Assembly (NCBI GenBank): GCA_036276135.1
Contig: DATBEL010000002.1
Span: 1 to 58,702, forward strand
Direction of reading: 5' to 3'
Origin: Candidatus Dormiibacterota bacterium
GTDB lineage: Bacteria; Chloroflexota; Dormibacteria; Aeolococcales; Aeolococcaceae
DNA: 58,702 bases
The notes beneath the pieces are model-generated. The model worked only from the letters and a program-made list of their open reading frames with translations. It had not been told where the DNA came from and made no database searches. A program made the position numbers and the translations under genes. This document shows, piece after piece, positions 1-10,406 of this stretch (positions are counted from its first letter, which is position 1; every line of letters starts with the position of its first letter).

Positions 1-285
1 ACCAACAATCCGTACCCGAGCGGCGTCGGCATATTGGGGGCAGGCGAGGACGCGCCTTCATTCCTCCCCACACCTGTTATCAGCGAGGACGAGGAGTTCC
101 GCCGGGATGCACACCTCCATCTGGCCAAGCAGCACGATCGATCGCGGAGTGCGCCGGCCAGGAGTTGGATGGATGAGCCCGGAGCGATGGAAGGAGCCGG
201 CCTCGTCGATGCCCCCGAGCTACCGAGCAGCGACCCTGCCGCTGAGACGGTTGACGACCGCGATGCGCCGAGCCGAGGAGGCTAG
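1..285 (+). CDS. 5'-truncated hypothetical protein (C-terminal part only)
   Basis: Frame 1 is open from base 1 (TNNPYPSGVGILGAGED...) to TAG at 283-285; acidic low-complexity tail; no family recognised. Confidence 0.45.
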   Translation, partial: TNNPYPSGVGILGAGEDAPSFLPTPVISEDEEFRRDAHLHLAKQHDRSRSAPARSWMDEPGAMEGAGLVDAPELPSSDPAAETVDDRDAPSRGG

Positions 286-340
286 CCGAGCGAAGGGCAC
301 CCGGCGCCGTCGGCAGCTGGTTCGCGAAAGGGTGTGAGGC

Positions 341-715
341 TCACCGAGGCTTCGTCGACGTCGCCCCTGCCACCGAGAACGCATCGCGCAGCAGCCGATC
401 CAGTTGACCGCCGTCTACAGTCTCGCCCTGGGCGAGGTTGATCGAACGGGACTTCTTCGAATCCAGGCCGCTGTTGAACAGGTGATCGGGATCGGCCAGC
501 GCTGCACCATCGAAGAGGTTGTACTTTGTGTGCTTCGCGAAGTTCGACATGGCGCAGATGAGGCGACCATTGGCGAGGAAGACGGGAACATCCCACTTCC
601 ACCCCTCTTCCGCGGCAGGGGCCACGCGGTGGACAGCTTCTCGGAAGCGAGTCAGATTGGTTCGCTGCCACTCGGGGAGCGCGGCGATGAACGCGTCAGT
701 CTGTTCGGCGGACAC
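341..715 (-). CDS. DUF1801 (YdhG-like) family protein
   Basis: Typical pattern FIAALPEWQR...R..VH..AP.AEE..KW.VPVF..NG...KYNLF.GA.L.DP..LF. Confidence 0.85.
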   Translation of the reverse strand: MSAEQTDAFIAALPEWQRTNLTRFREAVHRVAPAAEEGWKWDVPVFLANGRLICAMSNFAKHTKYNLFDGAALADPDHLFNSGLDSKKSRSINLAQGETVDGGQLDRLLRDAFSVAGATSTKPR

Positions 716-772
716 AGTGATGATTCTGCCTCGCGGTACACCTGGTGTGTCGACGACGCGTCGGGGACGGCT

Positions 773-1075
773 TCAGAGCTTGCCCCAGATGAGGCCTGTC
801 TGCCGCGCAAGGCGCTCAACGGCGATGTGATCCACACCTTTGAGAGTTGCCACCCACCGCCGCCACCATTGGGATGCCAGCATGCACCACGCCATCGCGG
901 CCACACCCACCATGAGGCTGACGAGCAGCGCGCTCGACTTCGGCAGCTGCGCGATACCCAGCGACAGACTCATGAAGACCACAACGAGAGGCGGGATGAC
1001 CTCCGCGATCATCCCCACGCCGACGGTCTGCCATGTGGCCAGCGGCGCGCGGACCTGGCGGTTTGTTTGCGTCAT
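773..1075 (-). CDS. Small hypothetical membrane protein (~2 TM)
   Basis: ATG at 1075 inside ORF 773..1522; two hydrophobic stretches (VGVGMIAEVIPPLVVVFMSLSLGI; ALLVSLMVGVAAMAWCML). Confidence 0.6.
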   Translation of the reverse strand: MTQTNRQVRAPLATWQTVGVGMIAEVIPPLVVVFMSLSLGIAQLPKSSALLVSLMVGVAAMAWCMLASQWWRRWVATLKGVDHIAVERLARQTGLIWGKL

Positions 1076-1334
1076 TGGTTTCCCGAGGTGGCGCGAATGC
1101 CGGGTCTCACTGTCGCGGACTGTAGCGAACGGCGAGCCCTCGTGACCATTCTGCGCGCGACCAATCCCTGGTGGGTGAGCCGTCGCAGCATCGTCAAGGT
1201 CGTAAGCACGACCCGTGCGCAACCTTTGTGTGAGCACTGCACGCGCCCTTGATGCAATACCGCGGCAATCACGCATGTGCGACTTTCTGACAGCGCGCAC
1301 TGCACGACGCCCGGTGGTTTGAGACGCTGGACGC

Positions 1335-3122
1335 TCAGTTGTCGCCGACGACCTGTAGGCCCGTGAAGATCTCCACCGGCACGCCCTCGCCCTCGGCTTC
1401 GAGGTGATCGAGGAAGTGCGGAATGGTCCCCGTCGCCGTGAAACCGCCGAGCACCGCACCATCCTCGCCGAGGCCGGTCTGGCGGTAGGCGAAGATCTCC
1501 TGGAGCTGCACGTGTTCGCCATCGGTCCCCAGCACCTCGGTGATGCTCACGATCTTGCGTGTGCCGTCGCGCATGCGCGACTGCTGGACGATGATGTTGA
1601 CCGCGGAGCCGATCTGCTCGCGAATCGCTCGCGACGGGAGCTCAGCGCCGGCCATGAGCACCAGGGTCTCGAGCCTGCCGATGCATTCCCTGGCGTTGTT
1701 GGCGTGCAGGGTTGTCAGTGAGCCGTCGTGGCCGGTGTTCATCGCCTGGAGCATGTCCAGGGCCTCGCCACCGCGGCACTCGCCGATGACGATGCGGTCG
1801 GGGCGCATGCGCAGGGAGTTGATCACCAGCTCGCGGATGGTCACGCGGCCGCGTCCCTCGATGTTGGCCGGTCGCGTCTCGAGCGTCACCACGTGCTCCT
1901 GGCGCAGCTGGAGCTCGGCAGCGTCCTCGATGGTGACGATGCGCTCCTCCTCGGGGATGAAGCTCGAGAGCAGGTTGAGCGTGGTCGTCTTGCCCGACCC
2001 TGTGCCACCGCTGACGATGACGTTGAGGCGTCCGCGGACGCAGGCGCGAAGGAAGCGCACCATGTCCTCGGTGATCGTCCCGAAGTTCACCAGGTCCTCG
2101 ACCGTGAATGCCTCCTTGGCGAACTTACGGATGGTGAGCGTCGGCCCGCGCAATGCAAGTGGGGGGATGATCACGTTGACGCGCGAGCCGTCCTTGAGCC
2201 GGGCGTCCACCATCGGCGACGACTCGTCGACGCGCCGGCCGATGCTGCTGACGATGCGATCGATCACCTGCATCAGCTGATCGTTGGTCTCGAACGTCAC
2301 CGGGCTGAGGCTCAGCTTGCCCTGCTGCTCGACGTAGATCTGGTTGTGCTTGTTGATCATGATCTCGGTGATCTCGGGGTCATGGAGCAGCCCTTCGAGG
2401 GGCCCGAGCCCGAGCGCGTCGTCGATCACGGTCTCGACCACGCGCAGCTTGTCCTGGCGGGTCATCGAGAGGTTCTGTTCAGCCACGAGCTCGTTGACCA
2501 GCTCGCCGATGCGCTGGCGCACCTGCTCCGGTGGGGCGGTGGCGGCGTTGCCGGCGAGCTCCTCGACGAGGCGCTGGTGCACCTTGGTGCGCAGCTGTCC
2601 GTAGAGGTTGCTTCCGCCCGGCTTGGACAGGGGGCCGCGGGAGAGCGCTGTGCGATTGAGCAGCGACGACTGCCGGGCCGGCGCCTCGGCGCCGGTGCCC
2701 GAACCAGCCCCGGTGCGCATCATCAGCGGAGGTGCCGGACGGGGCGCCGAGGGTGACGGCGTGCCATTGGCCCCCTGGGAGGCCTGGTCAGCCGTGCTGC
2801 TCGATGGCGATGAAGCGCTCCCGAGGATCGCCGGCCGCGGCTGGGTCACCGAGGGGGCGGACCCCGGCCCATTCGACGGGGCCGCCGCGCTGGCCGCCGG
2901 CTGCGCAGGCGGTGCATGCCGAACCTGCCAGCCGGTGAGTGTCGACACGTCGGGAACGGCCGCCGGGACGTCGAGCGTTTGGAAGACGGGTGGCTCGGGC
3001 CGGCTGGGGGAGGTCGCGGCCGGCGCGGGCTCGGTGGCCGGGGTGGCCGCCTTGGCGTCATCGTCCGAGGGAGGTGTCTGCCCTTCCTCTGCCTTGCGTT
3101 GCACCCTGTCGAGTAGCGACAT
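1335..3122 (-). CDS. cpaF: Tad pilus assembly ATPase CpaF/TadA with long Pro/Ala-rich N-terminal extension
   Basis: Walker A GGTGSGKTT, Asp box TIEDAAEL, LRMRPDRIVIGECRG, His box MNTGHDGSLTTLHAN. Confidence 0.95.
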   Translation of the reverse strand: MSLLDRVQRKAEEGQTPPSDDDAKAATPATEPAPAATSPSRPEPPVFQTLDVPAAVPDVSTLTGWQVRHAPPAQPAASAAAPSNGPGSAPSVTQPRPAILGSASSPSSSTADQASQGANGTPSPSAPRPAPPLMMRTGAGSGTGAEAPARQSSLLNRTALSRGPLSKPGGSNLYGQLRTKVHQRLVEELAGNAATAPPEQVRQRIGELVNELVAEQNLSMTRQDKLRVVETVIDDALGLGPLEGLLHDPEITEIMINKHNQIYVEQQGKLSLSPVTFETNDQLMQVIDRIVSSIGRRVDESSPMVDARLKDGSRVNVIIPPLALRGPTLTIRKFAKEAFTVEDLVNFGTITEDMVRFLRACVRGRLNVIVSGGTGSGKTTTLNLLSSFIPEEERIVTIEDAAELQLRQEHVVTLETRPANIEGRGRVTIRELVINSLRMRPDRIVIGECRGGEALDMLQAMNTGHDGSLTTLHANNARECIGRLETLVLMAGAELPSRAIREQIGSAVNIIVQQSRMRDGTRKIVSITEVLGTDGEHVQLQEIFAYRQTGLGEDGAVLGGFTATGTIPHFLDHLEAEGEGVPVEIFTGLQVVGDN

Positions 3123-3349
3123 CCAGCGCGTCTCCTTAAACGAATTAACCCCCTCACACAGGCTAGGTCGCGCCGCTCGCAGGCCCGCGCGGACCTTGCA
3201 ACGATCCTGTCAAGCCGAAGCGCATACCCAGCATCGGAGGGGTCGTCGGCAACAGCCTGACCGCGAGGCCCCACGGATCGCAGACACCCCGGTTACGAAT
3301 CGTTACCGGCGCATCAGATCGCCGCACGGCTGCGGTATTCGTGGAGGCC

Positions 3350-4288
3350 ATGACGGCCCACCTCTCCATCGCCGACCCCGACGGCTGGGATGCGCTCGCC
3401 GCCTCCGCCGCGGCGGTGCGCGCCGGCGATGACGAGCCGGCGACACCGCCACGGACATGGCGTCGCCTGGTCATCTCGAGCGTGTACACGGCGGTCCTGG
3501 CCGGCGTCGTCATCGTGGCCCTGCACGCGGTGGGCAGCGCCACCCCCGTCCGCGCCGACGGCGGGGCCGATTCCGCTCTCTTCAGCTACACCAACCAGGA
3601 CCGCGCCAGCAACGGCGTCCGCGCGCTGAGCTGGAACGGCACCCTCAGCACCATCGGCGAGGGCGGGCGCTACGGCGGCTGCGGTTTCACCGTCTACGGC
3701 AGGGCCGTCGACATGATCAACCGCGACTACTTCGCGCACCAGATCCTCAACTGCGGCCAGCTGGTGTTCTCGATCATGCAGGCATACGGGGTGCCCTATC
3801 GATCCGCCGGCGAGAACATCGGCTGGAATGGCGCGGGCGCGGCGTCGATCAACTCCGCGTTCATGAACAGCCCCGAACACCGCAGCAACATCCTCAACGG
3901 CAACTACACCTCTCTCGGAGTCGGCTCCGACAACTCGGGCTCCCGCGCGTTCATGGGCTACACCAATGTCTGGATGTTCGCCGAGGAGTTCGCGCAGCTG
4001 GGCTCGTCGGCGCCGCCGCCCCCTCCCCCACCGCCGCAGAGGCAGAGCCCGCCGCGCAACGCGCCGGCGCCCGCCACGCAGCATCTGCCACCCGCGGTCG
4101 CCGCCGCCCGTCCAAAGGCAGCACCCGTTCCGACGGCAATCCCCGTGCCCACGGCAACACCGGTTCCCACCCCAACGCCCACGCCGGAGCCATCCCCGTC
4201 ACTGACGTTGCCACCGGCGCCAGACACCAACGGCGGGCTTCTCTTCGACTCCGTCGAGTCAGTGCTGGAGAACTACCTCATCAGCTGA
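3350..4288 (+). CDS. Membrane-anchored/secreted CAP (SCP) domain protein with Pro-rich linker
   Basis: GGAGG SD before ATG 3350; N-terminal hydrophobic segment; AGENIGW and FMNSPEHRSNILNGNYTSLGVG CAP motifs. Confidence 0.9.
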   Translation: MTAHLSIADPDGWDALAASAAAVRAGDDEPATPPRTWRRLVISSVYTAVLAGVVIVALHAVGSATPVRADGGADSALFSYTNQDRASNGVRALSWNGTLSTIGEGGRYGGCGFTVYGRAVDMINRDYFAHQILNCGQLVFSIMQAYGVPYRSAGENIGWNGAGAASINSAFMNSPEHRSNILNGNYTSLGVGSDNSGSRAFMGYTNVWMFAEEFAQLGSSAPPPPPPPPQRQSPPRNAPAPATQHLPPAVAAARPKAAPVPTAIPVPTATPVPTPTPTPEPSPSLTLPPAPDTNGGLLFDSVESVLENYLIS

Positions 4289-4358
4289 CCCGCCTCCACC
4301 CACGCGGCCGGTGCACGCCGCCGCCAGTTGTCCCAACCACAGAGCCGAGGACCCTCAG

Positions 4359-5183
4359 ATGACAACCCTGACCGCCCCAGTGCCAGCTCCCCCAGCAACG
4401 TCGGTGGTCGTCGCCACCAACCTGCGCAAGACCTACAGCGTCAGCCGGCCGCCGCGCGACGTCCTCCGCGGCGTCTCGCTCGAGGTTCAGCGTGGCGAGT
4501 TCGTCGCCCTGATGGGACCGAGCGGGTGCGGCAAGAGCACCCTCCTGCACGTCCTCGGCGGCATCGAGCCACCCGACAGCGGCGTCGTCATGGTCGACGG
4601 GATCTCGTTGTACACGCTGGACGATGCCGCTCTATCGGCATTCCGGCGCGACCGCATCGGCTTTGTCTTCCAATTCTTCAACCTTCTCCCCAACCTCACC
4701 GCCGCCGAGAACGTGGCCCTGCCCTTGCGCCTGCGCAACGAGGGCTCGCGCCGCCATCGCGAAGGTCGGGTCAGCCGCAGCGCCATCACCGTTCGCGTCT
4801 CCGCGCTGATGACCCAGCTCAACCTGCACGGGCTGCAGGGCCACGGGCCCGAGGAGATCTCCGGCGGCGAGCAGCAGCGTGTGGCCATCGCCCGAGCCCT
4901 GGCGGCCGCGCCAGCCCTTCTCCTCGCCGATGAGCCGACCGGGAACCTCGATTGGACCAGTGGCCACGAGGTGATGGCGCTGCTCGCCCAGCTCTGCCGC
5001 AGCGAGCAGCAGACCACCATCCTGGTGACGCATGACGCGCGCGTCGCCTCCCACGCGGACCGGGTCCTGCTGATGCGCGACGGCGAGGTCGTCGACGAGG
5101 TGCGGCTCGACCATGGCCACGGCGCCGACGAGCGATCCGCGGTCGCCACGCTCGTCGCCCGGCTGGACAAGGTCGACCTGTGA
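4359..5183 (+). CDS. ABC transporter ATP-binding protein, LolD/MacB-FtsE type
   Basis: GPSGCGKS, IGFVFQFFNL, SGGEQQRVAIARAL, LLADEPTGNLD, ILVTHD. Confidence 0.95.
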   Translation: MTTLTAPVPAPPATSVVVATNLRKTYSVSRPPRDVLRGVSLEVQRGEFVALMGPSGCGKSTLLHVLGGIEPPDSGVVMVDGISLYTLDDAALSAFRRDRIGFVFQFFNLLPNLTAAENVALPLRLRNEGSRRHREGRVSRSAITVRVSALMTQLNLHGLQGHGPEEISGGEQQRVAIARALAAAPALLLADEPTGNLDWTSGHEVMALLAQLCRSEQQTTILVTHDARVASHADRVLLMRDGEVVDEVRLDHGHGADERSAVATLVARLDKVDL

Positions 5184-7672
5184 GCCTGACCTGGGCGCTC
5201 GCCGCGCGCGCCATCCGGGGGCGCCCGCTGCGCTCGCTCCTCAACTGGCTCGCGGTGGCGCTCGGCATTGCGGTGATCCTCGGCGTCGCCGTCACCGTCA
5301 GCGGGCTTGACGCCGAGTCGCGCTCGGCGGCGCAGGCGTCGGCTGGGTCATCGAGCCTCGACGTGCGCGTCACAGCCGGCACCGGTCTCACCGCTGACGC
5401 CGCCGCCGCGCTGCGCAGGCTGCCCGGCGTCGCCGACGCGGTGCCGCTGTACCACAAGCGCGTCATCGCCCGGGTCACCACCTACGACGTCAGCGGCACC
5501 ACCGTGGACGTGGCGGCGTTGCGCGGCGGCAGCGTCGCGTTGCGGCCGCTGTCGCTGACGGCAGGACGCATGCCCGCCGCGCGCAGTCACGCGGAGATCG
5601 TCCTCGACCAGGACTTGGCGTCGACGCTTGCGGCGGCCTCGCACACCAAGCCGCTGGCGCTCGGCGACTCCGTCCAGCTCACCACCAACACCGGGCCCGA
5701 CAGCTTCACCATCGTCGGCTTCGCCGCCAACGGGGGCACCGCAGGGTTCACGCGCAGCGGTGTCTACATCACCGAGACGTCGATGCTCGAGCAGTTCCCC
5801 CTCGGCCTGCGCACCGCGTTGGTCGCGATGCATCTCGACAACGGTGCCGACCCGAGCCGGGTCGCCGCCGAGGCGCAGGCCACGATCGGCACGCCGATCA
5901 CCGCCGTCGACCCAGCCGCCGCCGTCGGCTCGCCGCTCGGCGAGGTGCAGCCGCTGCTGGTGCTCGTCACCGTGCTCAGCATCGTGGTCGGCGCCGGTGC
6001 CACCGCCAACAGCGTCGCGCTGGCCGCCAGCGAGCGACGCCGTGAGATCGGCCTGCTGCGCGCCGCCGGCGCCTCATCGCTGCAGGTGTTCCGCGTGTTC
6101 ATGCTCGAGGTCGGCATCGTCACGGCAGCGGCGATCCCCGTCGGCGTGCTCGCCGGGATCGGCCTGGCTGCACTGCTCGAAGCGCGGCTGACGCCCTCCG
6201 ACCTGCCCGTGCCCAGCCTGAGTGTCGGCGTGACCCAGCTCATTCTCGCCGCGCTCGCCGGCTCGCTGGCCGCGCTGGTCGGCGGCGCCATCCCCGCGCT
6301 CGGCACCGGCAGGAGCTCGATCCTCGCGGCGCTTCGGCCCCACCCCGGCGCGGAGCGCGAACGCATCGCGCTCTTCCCGATCAGCCTCTGCCCGGCTGCG
6401 CTGATCGTCGGCGCCGCCCTCTTCATCACAGGCAACAGCACGGCCGCCGCCTTCGGCACCGTCATGGTCATCGCCGGGGTGCTGTGCGCGCTGCCCGTGC
6501 TGGCTCCGTGGACAGCGCGGCTGGTCGGCGCCATCGCGTCGCTGTTCACGCCCAAGGCGTCGGCTGCCACGCGCAACCTGGTGCGGCGACGCAACCGCAC
6601 CGCGCTGACCCTGAGTGGCCTGACCATCAGTGTCGCCTGCTCGGTCGCGGTCAGCGCGCTCGCCGCCGGCGCTGTCTCCGGTGGCAACGCCTGGGTGTCG
6701 CAGCTGTTCAACGGCGACATGGTGGTGCGCGGCCCGGTGGCGCAGACCGACGCGGTGGCGGCCACCTTCGCACAGGCCACCGGCGTGCGCGCTGTGCTGC
6801 CGCTTCGCTTCATGTCCGTCGCCAGTGGCAGCTCGGTGCTCGCCGTGACCACGGTCGACACCTCCTACTACCAGGGTGGCGGCGCCGCCCTCGACGTGAC
6901 ATCGCCGGCGCGCGCCGACGCGCTCCGCGCCATCAGCAACGGGCCGGCATTGCTGGCCCCTGCCGGGTTTGCGTCGGCCCACGGCTGGCTGCTGGGCTCG
7001 TCAGTGCCGCTGGTCACCACCAACGGGATCGTCAAGTTCCTCATCGCCGGCATCGTCGACCACTCGTTCCCGTCGGGCAACGGCGACGAGTCCCTGATCA
7101 TGGACCGCACCCAGGCGCTCTCCTATTTCGGCGACAGCGCGTCGGGGTTCGATGACCTCGACATCGTCACCAATGGCAACACCAGCTCGGTGACCAGCAA
7201 CGCCGCGCAGCTCGGCCTCAGCGCGGTCACCGTCGATGACGTGCGCGCCAGCGCCGCCCGCTCGCTCAACCATGCCCTCGCGCTGCTCCTCGCGGTGGCC
7301 CTGGTGGCGCTGGTCATGTCGATGATCGCGGTGGTCAACACGCTGACCGTCAACATCCGCCAGGGTTCGCGGGAATTGAGCATGATGCGGGCTGTGGGAC
7401 TCGATCGTTCCGGGGCACGACGCCTGGTTCTCACCGAGGCCGCGGTCCTGGCCGCCAGCGGTGCGGTCCTCGGCGTCCTGACCGGGTGCGCGGTCGTCCT
7501 CGGAATGCTGCGTGCGGTGGCCTCGCCGGGCTTCACGCCGGACTTCGTCTTCCCGCTCACCGCTGCGGTCGCGGTGGTGGTCGCGGTGGTGGTCGGCAGC
7601 ATCATCGCCACGGTCGTCCCGGCGATGCGGACCGCGCGCAGCAGCATCGTGTCGGCGATACGCCAGGACTGA
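5180..7672 (+). CDS. FtsX/MacB-type ABC permease (duplicated, two periplasmic cores)
   Basis: GTGA overlap with ATPase; two FtsX motifs (ERRREIGLLRAAGAS; RELSMMRAVGLDR); multiple TM segments. Confidence 0.9.
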   Translation: MSLTWALAARAIRGRPLRSLLNWLAVALGIAVILGVAVTVSGLDAESRSAAQASAGSSSLDVRVTAGTGLTADAAAALRRLPGVADAVPLYHKRVIARVTTYDVSGTTVDVAALRGGSVALRPLSLTAGRMPAARSHAEIVLDQDLASTLAAASHTKPLALGDSVQLTTNTGPDSFTIVGFAANGGTAGFTRSGVYITETSMLEQFPLGLRTALVAMHLDNGADPSRVAAEAQATIGTPITAVDPAAAVGSPLGEVQPLLVLVTVLSIVVGAGATANSVALAASERRREIGLLRAAGASSLQVFRVFMLEVGIVTAAAIPVGVLAGIGLAALLEARLTPSDLPVPSLSVGVTQLILAALAGSLAALVGGAIPALGTGRSSILAALRPHPGAERERIALFPISLCPAALIVGAALFITGNSTAAAFGTVMVIAGVLCALPVLAPWTARLVGAIASLFTPKASAATRNLVRRRNRTALTLSGLTISVACSVAVSALAAGAVSGGNAWVSQLFNGDMVVRGPVAQTDAVAATFAQATGVRAVLPLRFMSVASGSSVLAVTTVDTSYYQGGGAALDVTSPARADALRAISNGPALLAPAGFASAHGWLLGSSVPLVTTNGIVKFLIAGIVDHSFPSGNGDESLIMDRTQALSYFGDSASGFDDLDIVTNGNTSSVTSNAAQLGLSAVTVDDVRASAARSLNHALALLLAVALVALVMSMIAVVNTLTVNIRQGSRELSMMRAVGLDRSGARRLVLTEAAVLAASGAVLGVLTGCAVVLGMLRAVASPGFTPDFVFPLTAAVAVVVAVVVGSIIATVVPAMRTARSSIVSAIRQD

Positions 7673-7677
7673 CGCGG

Positions 7678-8334
7678 TTGCGCGCCGCCGGCGGAATCGG
7701 GCTTGCGCTGGTCGCGATCCTCGCCGGCTGCGGCACGTCCACATCGCCGGCGGCCCTCCATGCGGCACCGTCGACGTACCTCCTCAGCCTCGACCAGCTG
7801 GTGGCCCCGGACTTCACAGTCGACCAGCCCGTCCGCCCGCTGTCGATCACCGACGTGGCGGCGGGTGACACCGTGAAGGCGGCTCAGCTCGCCGGCGCGG
7901 GCTTCACCGGCGGCGCCACCGTGGACTTCTTCCGCGAGACCGCCAACCTCGCCGTGGTCAACGGACCGGTGCAGATCGGCGACACCGTCGAGGAGTTCGG
8001 CAGCACCGCGGGCGCCGCGACCCTGTTCGGCAAGGACATCGCCCGGCTCGACAACGTCGCCGGTGCGGGCGCTGTCTCCGCCGGCAGCCTCGGCGACGCC
8101 GCCCACGCCACCACCCGTGCGCTGGTCGAGCCGGCCAGCGGCGTGCGCGTCGTCGAGATCACGGTCGAGTGGCGCGTCGGCAACGTGCTCGACATCCTCG
8201 TGGTGCGCGGTCGCGACGGCGGCACGCGACCCGATGACGCCCTGGTTCTCGCGCACAACCAGACCGCCAGCGAGCTCGGTCTGGCCACCCCGACCCCGCT
8301 GCCCACCGCGCGGCCCTCGCCAGCGCCCTCCTGA
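7678..8334 (+). CDS. Hypothetical lipoprotein
   Basis: Lipobox LAGC after hydrophobic GIGLALVAI; follows permease stop directly; start codon (TTG 7678 or CTG 7669) uncertain. Confidence 0.7.
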   Translation: MRAAGGIGLALVAILAGCGTSTSPAALHAAPSTYLLSLDQLVAPDFTVDQPVRPLSITDVAAGDTVKAAQLAGAGFTGGATVDFFRETANLAVVNGPVQIGDTVEEFGSTAGAATLFGKDIARLDNVAGAGAVSAGSLGDAAHATTRALVEPASGVRVVEITVEWRVGNVLDILVVRGRDGGTRPDDALVLAHNQTASELGLATPTPLPTARPSPAPS

Positions 8335-8381
8335 CCGGGCCGGGGCGGGCCCGGCAGGTGCGTCGGGCATACTCCGGCCCG

Positions 8382-9317
8382 ATGGCGGTGATCGAAGCCC
8401 GCGACCTGGTCAAGCGCTACGGGAATCTCGTCGCCGTCGATGGGGTCAGCTTCGACGTGGAGAGCGGAGAGGTCTTCGGCATGCTCGGCCCCAACGGTGC
8501 CGGCAAGACGACCACCATGGAGATGCTCGAGGGCCTGCGCAGCCCCGACGGCGGAAGCGCCACCGTGCTGGGGTCGGACGTGGTGCGCGACGCTCGCGCG
8601 ATCAAGGCACGGATCGGGGTGCAGCTCCAGGCCACCGCCCTGCCGCCGCTGACCAAGGTGCGCGAGGCGATCGATCTCTTCGCCGCCCTCTTCCCCACCG
8701 CGCGCCCCACCGATGACGTGCTCAGGCAGTTCGACCTCGAGGAGAAGGCCGGCACCTATGCAACGGACCTGTCGGGTGGCCAGATGCAGCGGTTGTCGAT
8801 CGCGCTTGCGCTCGTCAACAACCCCGAGCTGGTCTTCCTCGACGAGCCGACCACCGGGCTGGACCCTCAGGCGCGTCTCAACATCTGGGACGTCATCGAG
8901 GGTGTGCGGCAGCGGGGCACGACCGTCGTGCTCACCACGCACAACATGGAGGAGGCCGAGCGCCTCTGCGCACGTGTCGCGGTCATCGACCACGGCAGGA
9001 TCGTGGCGCTCGACACCCCGGCGCGGCTGATCGCCGCGCACGCGCCCGGCACGACGATCGAGTTCGACGCGCCCCACGGCGTGGACGTGGACGCGCTGGC
9101 GAAGCTCCCCGATGTCGACAGGGTGGCCGTCGACGGCCGTGTGTCGGTGACCACGCGCGCGCCGGAACGGGTGCTGCGCGAGCTCCTCGACCCCGCCGCC
9201 CACTGGCTGAACCGGGCCGAGGGCGAGGAGGAGTCCGCGATCCGCGACCTGCGGGTGCGCCAGGGCACGCTCGAGGACGTGTTCATCGCGTTGACCGGGC
9301 GGAGCCTGCGCACATGA
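8382..9317 (+). CDS. ABC-2 type exporter ATP-binding protein
   Basis: GPNGAGKTT, LSGGQMQR, FLDEPTTGLDP, LTTHNMEEAERLC. Confidence 0.95.
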   Translation: MAVIEARDLVKRYGNLVAVDGVSFDVESGEVFGMLGPNGAGKTTTMEMLEGLRSPDGGSATVLGSDVVRDARAIKARIGVQLQATALPPLTKVREAIDLFAALFPTARPTDDVLRQFDLEEKAGTYATDLSGGQMQRLSIALALVNNPELVFLDEPTTGLDPQARLNIWDVIEGVRQRGTTVVLTTHNMEEAERLCARVAVIDHGRIVALDTPARLIAAHAPGTTIEFDAPHGVDVDALAKLPDVDRVAVDGRVSVTTRAPERVLRELLDPAAHWLNRAEGEEESAIRDLRVRQGTLEDVFIALTGRSLRT

Positions 9318-10399
9318 AAGCGTTTCGCGCGCTGACCCGCAACACGGTTCGCTCCTCGCTGCGCAACCGCGTCGCCCTCTTCTTCACGCTCGGGCTGGCG
9401 TTCCTGTTCATGGTCATCTTCGGCGAGCTGTTTGGCGGCAACAACTTCAGCATCGGCTACGCCGTCGTCGACAACGACCACAGCGCGGCCTCGCAGCGGT
9501 TCGTCGCGGCATTGAGCGGGGTGTCGCACGTGTCCGTCACCAGCGAGTCCAACGGCGCGGCCCTCGACGACCTGCGCAACAACCACGTCGACGTCGTGCT
9601 GGTCATTCCCCTGGGTTTCGGCGCCGCTCTCGACAATCCCGGGTCCGCGACGGTGGTGATCCATCCCATCCAGGCCAGCCAGACGTCGGCGAGCGCGTCG
9701 GTCGGCGACCAGGTCGTCGCCCAGGTGCTCAACGCTGTCGAGTCCAGGGGCGCGCCGACCGGCGTGGTGCTCGGCGCGCCAACCACCTCGGCGGTCAACA
9801 ACATCACCGCGATCGACTATTTCCTGCCCGCGATGCTCGCCTACATCATCCTCCAGAGCGGCATCAACTACGTGGCCATCGGGCTCGCCGACCTGCGTGC
9901 GCGCAAGGTGCTCCGCCGCCTTCGGGCAACGCCGCTGCGTCCCGCTCAGATCCTCGGCGCGCAGATCGTCGGTGGCGCGCTGACCGTGGTCCTCCAGATG
10001 GTGGTGCTCATCGTGGTCGGAGTCACCCTGTTCCAGGCCAAGACCTACGGAAGCTGGCTGGTCGCCGCCGTGCCCATGATCCTCGGCACCGCCGCGTTCG
10101 TCGGGATCGGTTTCCTGCTCACCAGCGCGGCTCGCACCAGTGAATCCGCCCGCGGGCTGTCGTCGTTCGTGGCCTTCCCGATGATGTTCCTCTCCGGCAT
10201 CTTCTTTCCGATCACCACCCTGCCCGGCTGGTTGCAGACCACCGTCCACGTGCTCCCGTTGACATGGCTGACCGACGCGCTCCACCGGGTCATGAACGAC
10301 GGTGTCGGTCTGTCCGCCATCGGGCTCGACTGCCTGGTGCTCGCCGGCTGGGCCGTGCTGACCTTCGCCGTCGCCACCTGGCGCTTCCGCTGGGACTGA
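9314..10399 (+). CDS. ABC-2 type exporter permease
   Basis: ATGA overlap; LRRLRATPLRP motif; FPMMFLSGIFFP; LPLTWLTDAL. Confidence 0.92.
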   Translation: MKAFRALTRNTVRSSLRNRVALFFTLGLAFLFMVIFGELFGGNNFSIGYAVVDNDHSAASQRFVAALSGVSHVSVTSESNGAALDDLRNNHVDVVLVIPLGFGAALDNPGSATVVIHPIQASQTSASASVGDQVVAQVLNAVESRGAPTGVVLGAPTTSAVNNITAIDYFLPAMLAYIILQSGINYVAIGLADLRARKVLRRLRATPLRPAQILGAQIVGGALTVVLQMVVLIVVGVTLFQAKTYGSWLVAAVPMILGTAAFVGIGFLLTSAARTSESARGLSSFVAFPMMFLSGIFFPITTLPGWLQTTVHVLPLTWLTDALHRVMNDGVGLSAIGLDCLVLAGWAVLTFAVATWRFRWD

Positions 10400-10406
10400 G
10401 CCGGCG

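Noticed and set aside
4010-4200. Pro/Thr repeats in the CAP protein (and Pro/Ala tracts in other linkers)
   Set aside because: Ordinary low-complexity protein linkers, not DNA repeat elements
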